64,000 nt of DNA from Bacteroidota bacterium (GTDB taxonomy: Bacteria; Bacteroidota; Ignavibacteria; Kapaibacteriales; UBA961): the NCBI GenBank assembly GCA_964204605.1, contig OZ123195.1, forward strand, positions 280,076-344,075, in the 5' to 3' direction. Every line of letters begins with the position of its first letter. Within the stretch, counting starts at the first letter, position 1. The notes under the pieces are model-generated. The model searched no databases and was not told where the DNA came from. It was given only the letters and a program-made list of their open reading frames with translations. This document shows, piece after piece, positions 62,324 to 64,000 of the stretch. The position numbers were made by a program, and so were the translations under genes.

Positions 62324-63190
62324 ATGAATACTAATAATGAAATGCTGACACATTCTCCATACACGGTTGGAATTATAGGCTATGGAAAGCTTGGGAGTGT
62401 TGTAGCACATTATTTTAGCAGTGTATCTGAGCTTGCTTGGATCATTATAAAAAATAATGCAACAAAAAATACAAGTAATCTGTCCGCAACCATTTTGGAT
62501 TCAATTCAACAGATAGAAGATATTCCACATATCATCATACTTGCAGTTCCAGATGATGAGATTGAAATATGTAGTCTGCAGCTTTCTAAGCAACTGAAGC
62601 AGAATTCAGAAACATTGATTATACATTGCTCTGGTGCTTTAGGTAAAGACGTATTACAATCGTGTAAAGACAAAGGTGCTCGCATTGCTGCTATTCATCC
62701 ATTCCAAACATTTTTAGGCCCTGTTAATCTACAGGGAATTCCTTGGTCTATAGATGCCGATGAAGAAAATCAATCATTATGTATTAGATTTATTGAAAAA
62801 GTTGAAGGAATTCCGATTGTATTATCACAAAAAATGCTTCGTGATAAAACAGTGTATCATATTGCTGCTGTCATTTCATCTAATTTTCTAGTTGTATTAA
62901 CTCAATTAGCTTCAGATCTCTGCAAGACAGCTGATTTAGATCCTTCAATACTATTACCACTTATCATGAAAACAGCTTTACAAAATGCTTTGCATTCTTT
63001 AGAAAACAATCAGCCTCCAATTGAAGCCCTAACTGGTCCTATAAAAAGAGGAGATACGCAAACAATTAATAAGCATATATCAGTATTAGAGTATAAGTCT
63101 GACATATTGAACATATATACTGCTCTTACTAATTATGCATTACATTCCTTAGAACATCACCAGCATAGTTCAAAAAATCATACAGATTAA
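62324..63190 (+). CDS. Rossmann-fold NAD(P)-binding protein, DUF2520-type (ketopantoate-reductase / F420-oxidoreductase-like N-domain)
   Basis: Dinucleotide-binding motif VGIIGYGKLGSVVA at the N-terminus. Size and layout are consistent with DUF2520-family proteins. Confidence 0.45.
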   Translation: MNTNNEMLTHSPYTVGIIGYGKLGSVVAHYFSSVSELAWIIIKNNATKNTSNLSATILDSIQQIEDIPHIIILAVPDDEIEICSLQLSKQLKQNSETLIIHCSGALGKDVLQSCKDKGARIAAIHPFQTFLGPVNLQGIPWSIDADEENQSLCIRFIEKVEGIPIVLSQKMLRDKTVYHIAAVISSNFLVVLTQLASDLCKTADLDPSILLPLIMKTALQNALHSLENNQPPIEALTGPIKRGDTQTINKHISVLEYKSDILNIYTALTNYALHSLEHHQHSSKNHTD

Positions 63191-63283
63191 CTAAAGGTTG
63201 GCACGAATTCTGACTACTTAAAACATTACTAAACTCATAATGTGAAATAGTAATTTCTTGGTTTTCTAGTTATTTAATAAAAG

Positions 63284-63904
63284 TTGAATATAATGTATAT
63301 ATCAAAAAATCTAAGTGCTTGTTTACTCATATGTTTGATGTTGTTTGGTATTGCCGAAGCCAAAAAAAAGAATAAACGATCTAAGAAACAAAAGACTGAA
63401 GCTAAAAGCAATGTAATATTTGGAATGCAACAAGATTTCTCGATTGCATTCCCGGGTAGCCTTCCTAAACCCAAAATTGATAGTACTGGTATCATGACAA
63501 AGTTTGGAGGGACTCAATTCTATTCATATTCAGCAAATAGTAATAAGGGTTCTGCAATGATTGGACATTTTGATATTTCTTATGATAATATTCGAGGTTC
63601 AAGTATTGAATTGGCAAATAATCCCTCTGCATTTCTAGATACATTGCAAAGTCAACTTGTAAAGAATATGGACGGAACAATTCAAAGAAAAATTAAAGTA
63701 TTAAAAGAAGGATTATATCATAATAGAACGATGTACTTTACTGCAAAAGCTACAAAAGATACTATGATATATATACGTTGTGACCATGTTTATGATCCAC
63801 CAAGAATTTATCAAATTCTATACACAACAACTTCAAAAGGAAAAACTGAACTTCCATTTGTGAATACATTTTTTCAGTCTTTTACAATTTTGAAAAAACA
63901 ATAA
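63284..63904 (+). CDS. Hypothetical secreted protein
   Basis: Signal peptide (LSACLLICLMLFGIAEA) followed by a K-rich region. No family recognised. Confidence 0.4.
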   Translation: MNIMYISKNLSACLLICLMLFGIAEAKKKNKRSKKQKTEAKSNVIFGMQQDFSIAFPGSLPKPKIDSTGIMTKFGGTQFYSYSANSNKGSAMIGHFDISYDNIRGSSIELANNPSAFLDTLQSQLVKNMDGTIQRKIKVLKEGLYHNRTMYFTAKATKDTMIYIRCDHVYDPPRIYQILYTTTSKGKTELPFVNTFFQSFTILKKQ

Positions 63905-63910
63905 AATTAT

Positions 63911-64000
63911 ATGAAATCTGATGCAATCATATATGTAGCTGGGCATACTGGCTTGGTAGGAAGTGCAATCTTGAAATCCCTGCAAAAACAGGGATTTTCT
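63911..64000 (+). CDS. fcl: GDP-L-fucose synthase, 5' fragment (continues beyond the window)
   Basis: [29 protein letters not shown] matches the conserved Fcl N-terminus (IYVAGHRGLVGSAI). Confidence 0.6.
   Translation, partial: MKSDAIIYVAGHTGLVGSAILKSLQKQGFS

Noticed and set aside
1-64000. CRISPR arrays, tRNA/rRNA genes, prophage or IS elements
   Set aside because: No regularly spaced direct repeats were seen. No tRNA-like GTTCGAATC-containing cloverleaf candidates were seen. No integrase, transposase or recombinase-like ORFs were seen. The large internal repeats are confined to coding FG-GAP/Ig repeats.

Overview
This is an AT-rich (roughly one-third GC), gene-dense chromosomal window with no rRNA/tRNA genes, no CRISPR array and no integrase or transposase signatures. 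The content points to a member of the Fibrobacteres-Chlorobi-Bacteroidetes group, possibly Ignavibacteria-like or Bacteroidetes-like. At least four large secreted proteins end in type IX secretion (T9SS) C-terminal sorting domains, and most genes lack Shine-Dalgarno sequences. Housekeeping genes are alaS, polA, asnS, cysS, pepA, surE, a DnaJ-domain protein and a class I/II aminotransferase. Respiratory complex I genes occur in two separated pieces: nuoL-(DUF420)-nuoM-(86-aa ORF)-nuoN on the + strand at 3.9-9.9 kb, and nuoG-nuoH-nuoI on the - strand at 55.6-59.0 kb. No nuoJ or nuoK lies next to either piece. The most system-like unexplained loci are: (i) a CADD-family heme-oxygenase-like di-iron protein (the Chlamydia-type self-sacrificing pABA synthase family) next to a stand-alone EgtC/YafJ-like class II glutamine amidotransferase, immediately upstream of nuoL; (ii) a DUF420 membrane protein and an unknown 86-aa ORF inserted inside nuoLMN; (iii) a T9SS cargo island with an orphan ABC ATPase, a protein with a thioredoxin-like CGPC N-terminus, and a clear PNGase F (peptide-N-glycanase) homolog; (iv) a 2011-aa FG-GAP/SprB-repeat T9SS giant followed by an orphan sensor kinase; (v) an 84-aa soluble ORF translationally coupled to a secreted M16 peptidase pair. 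All calls come from reading the sequence and from motif-level recall of protein families; no database search was possible.
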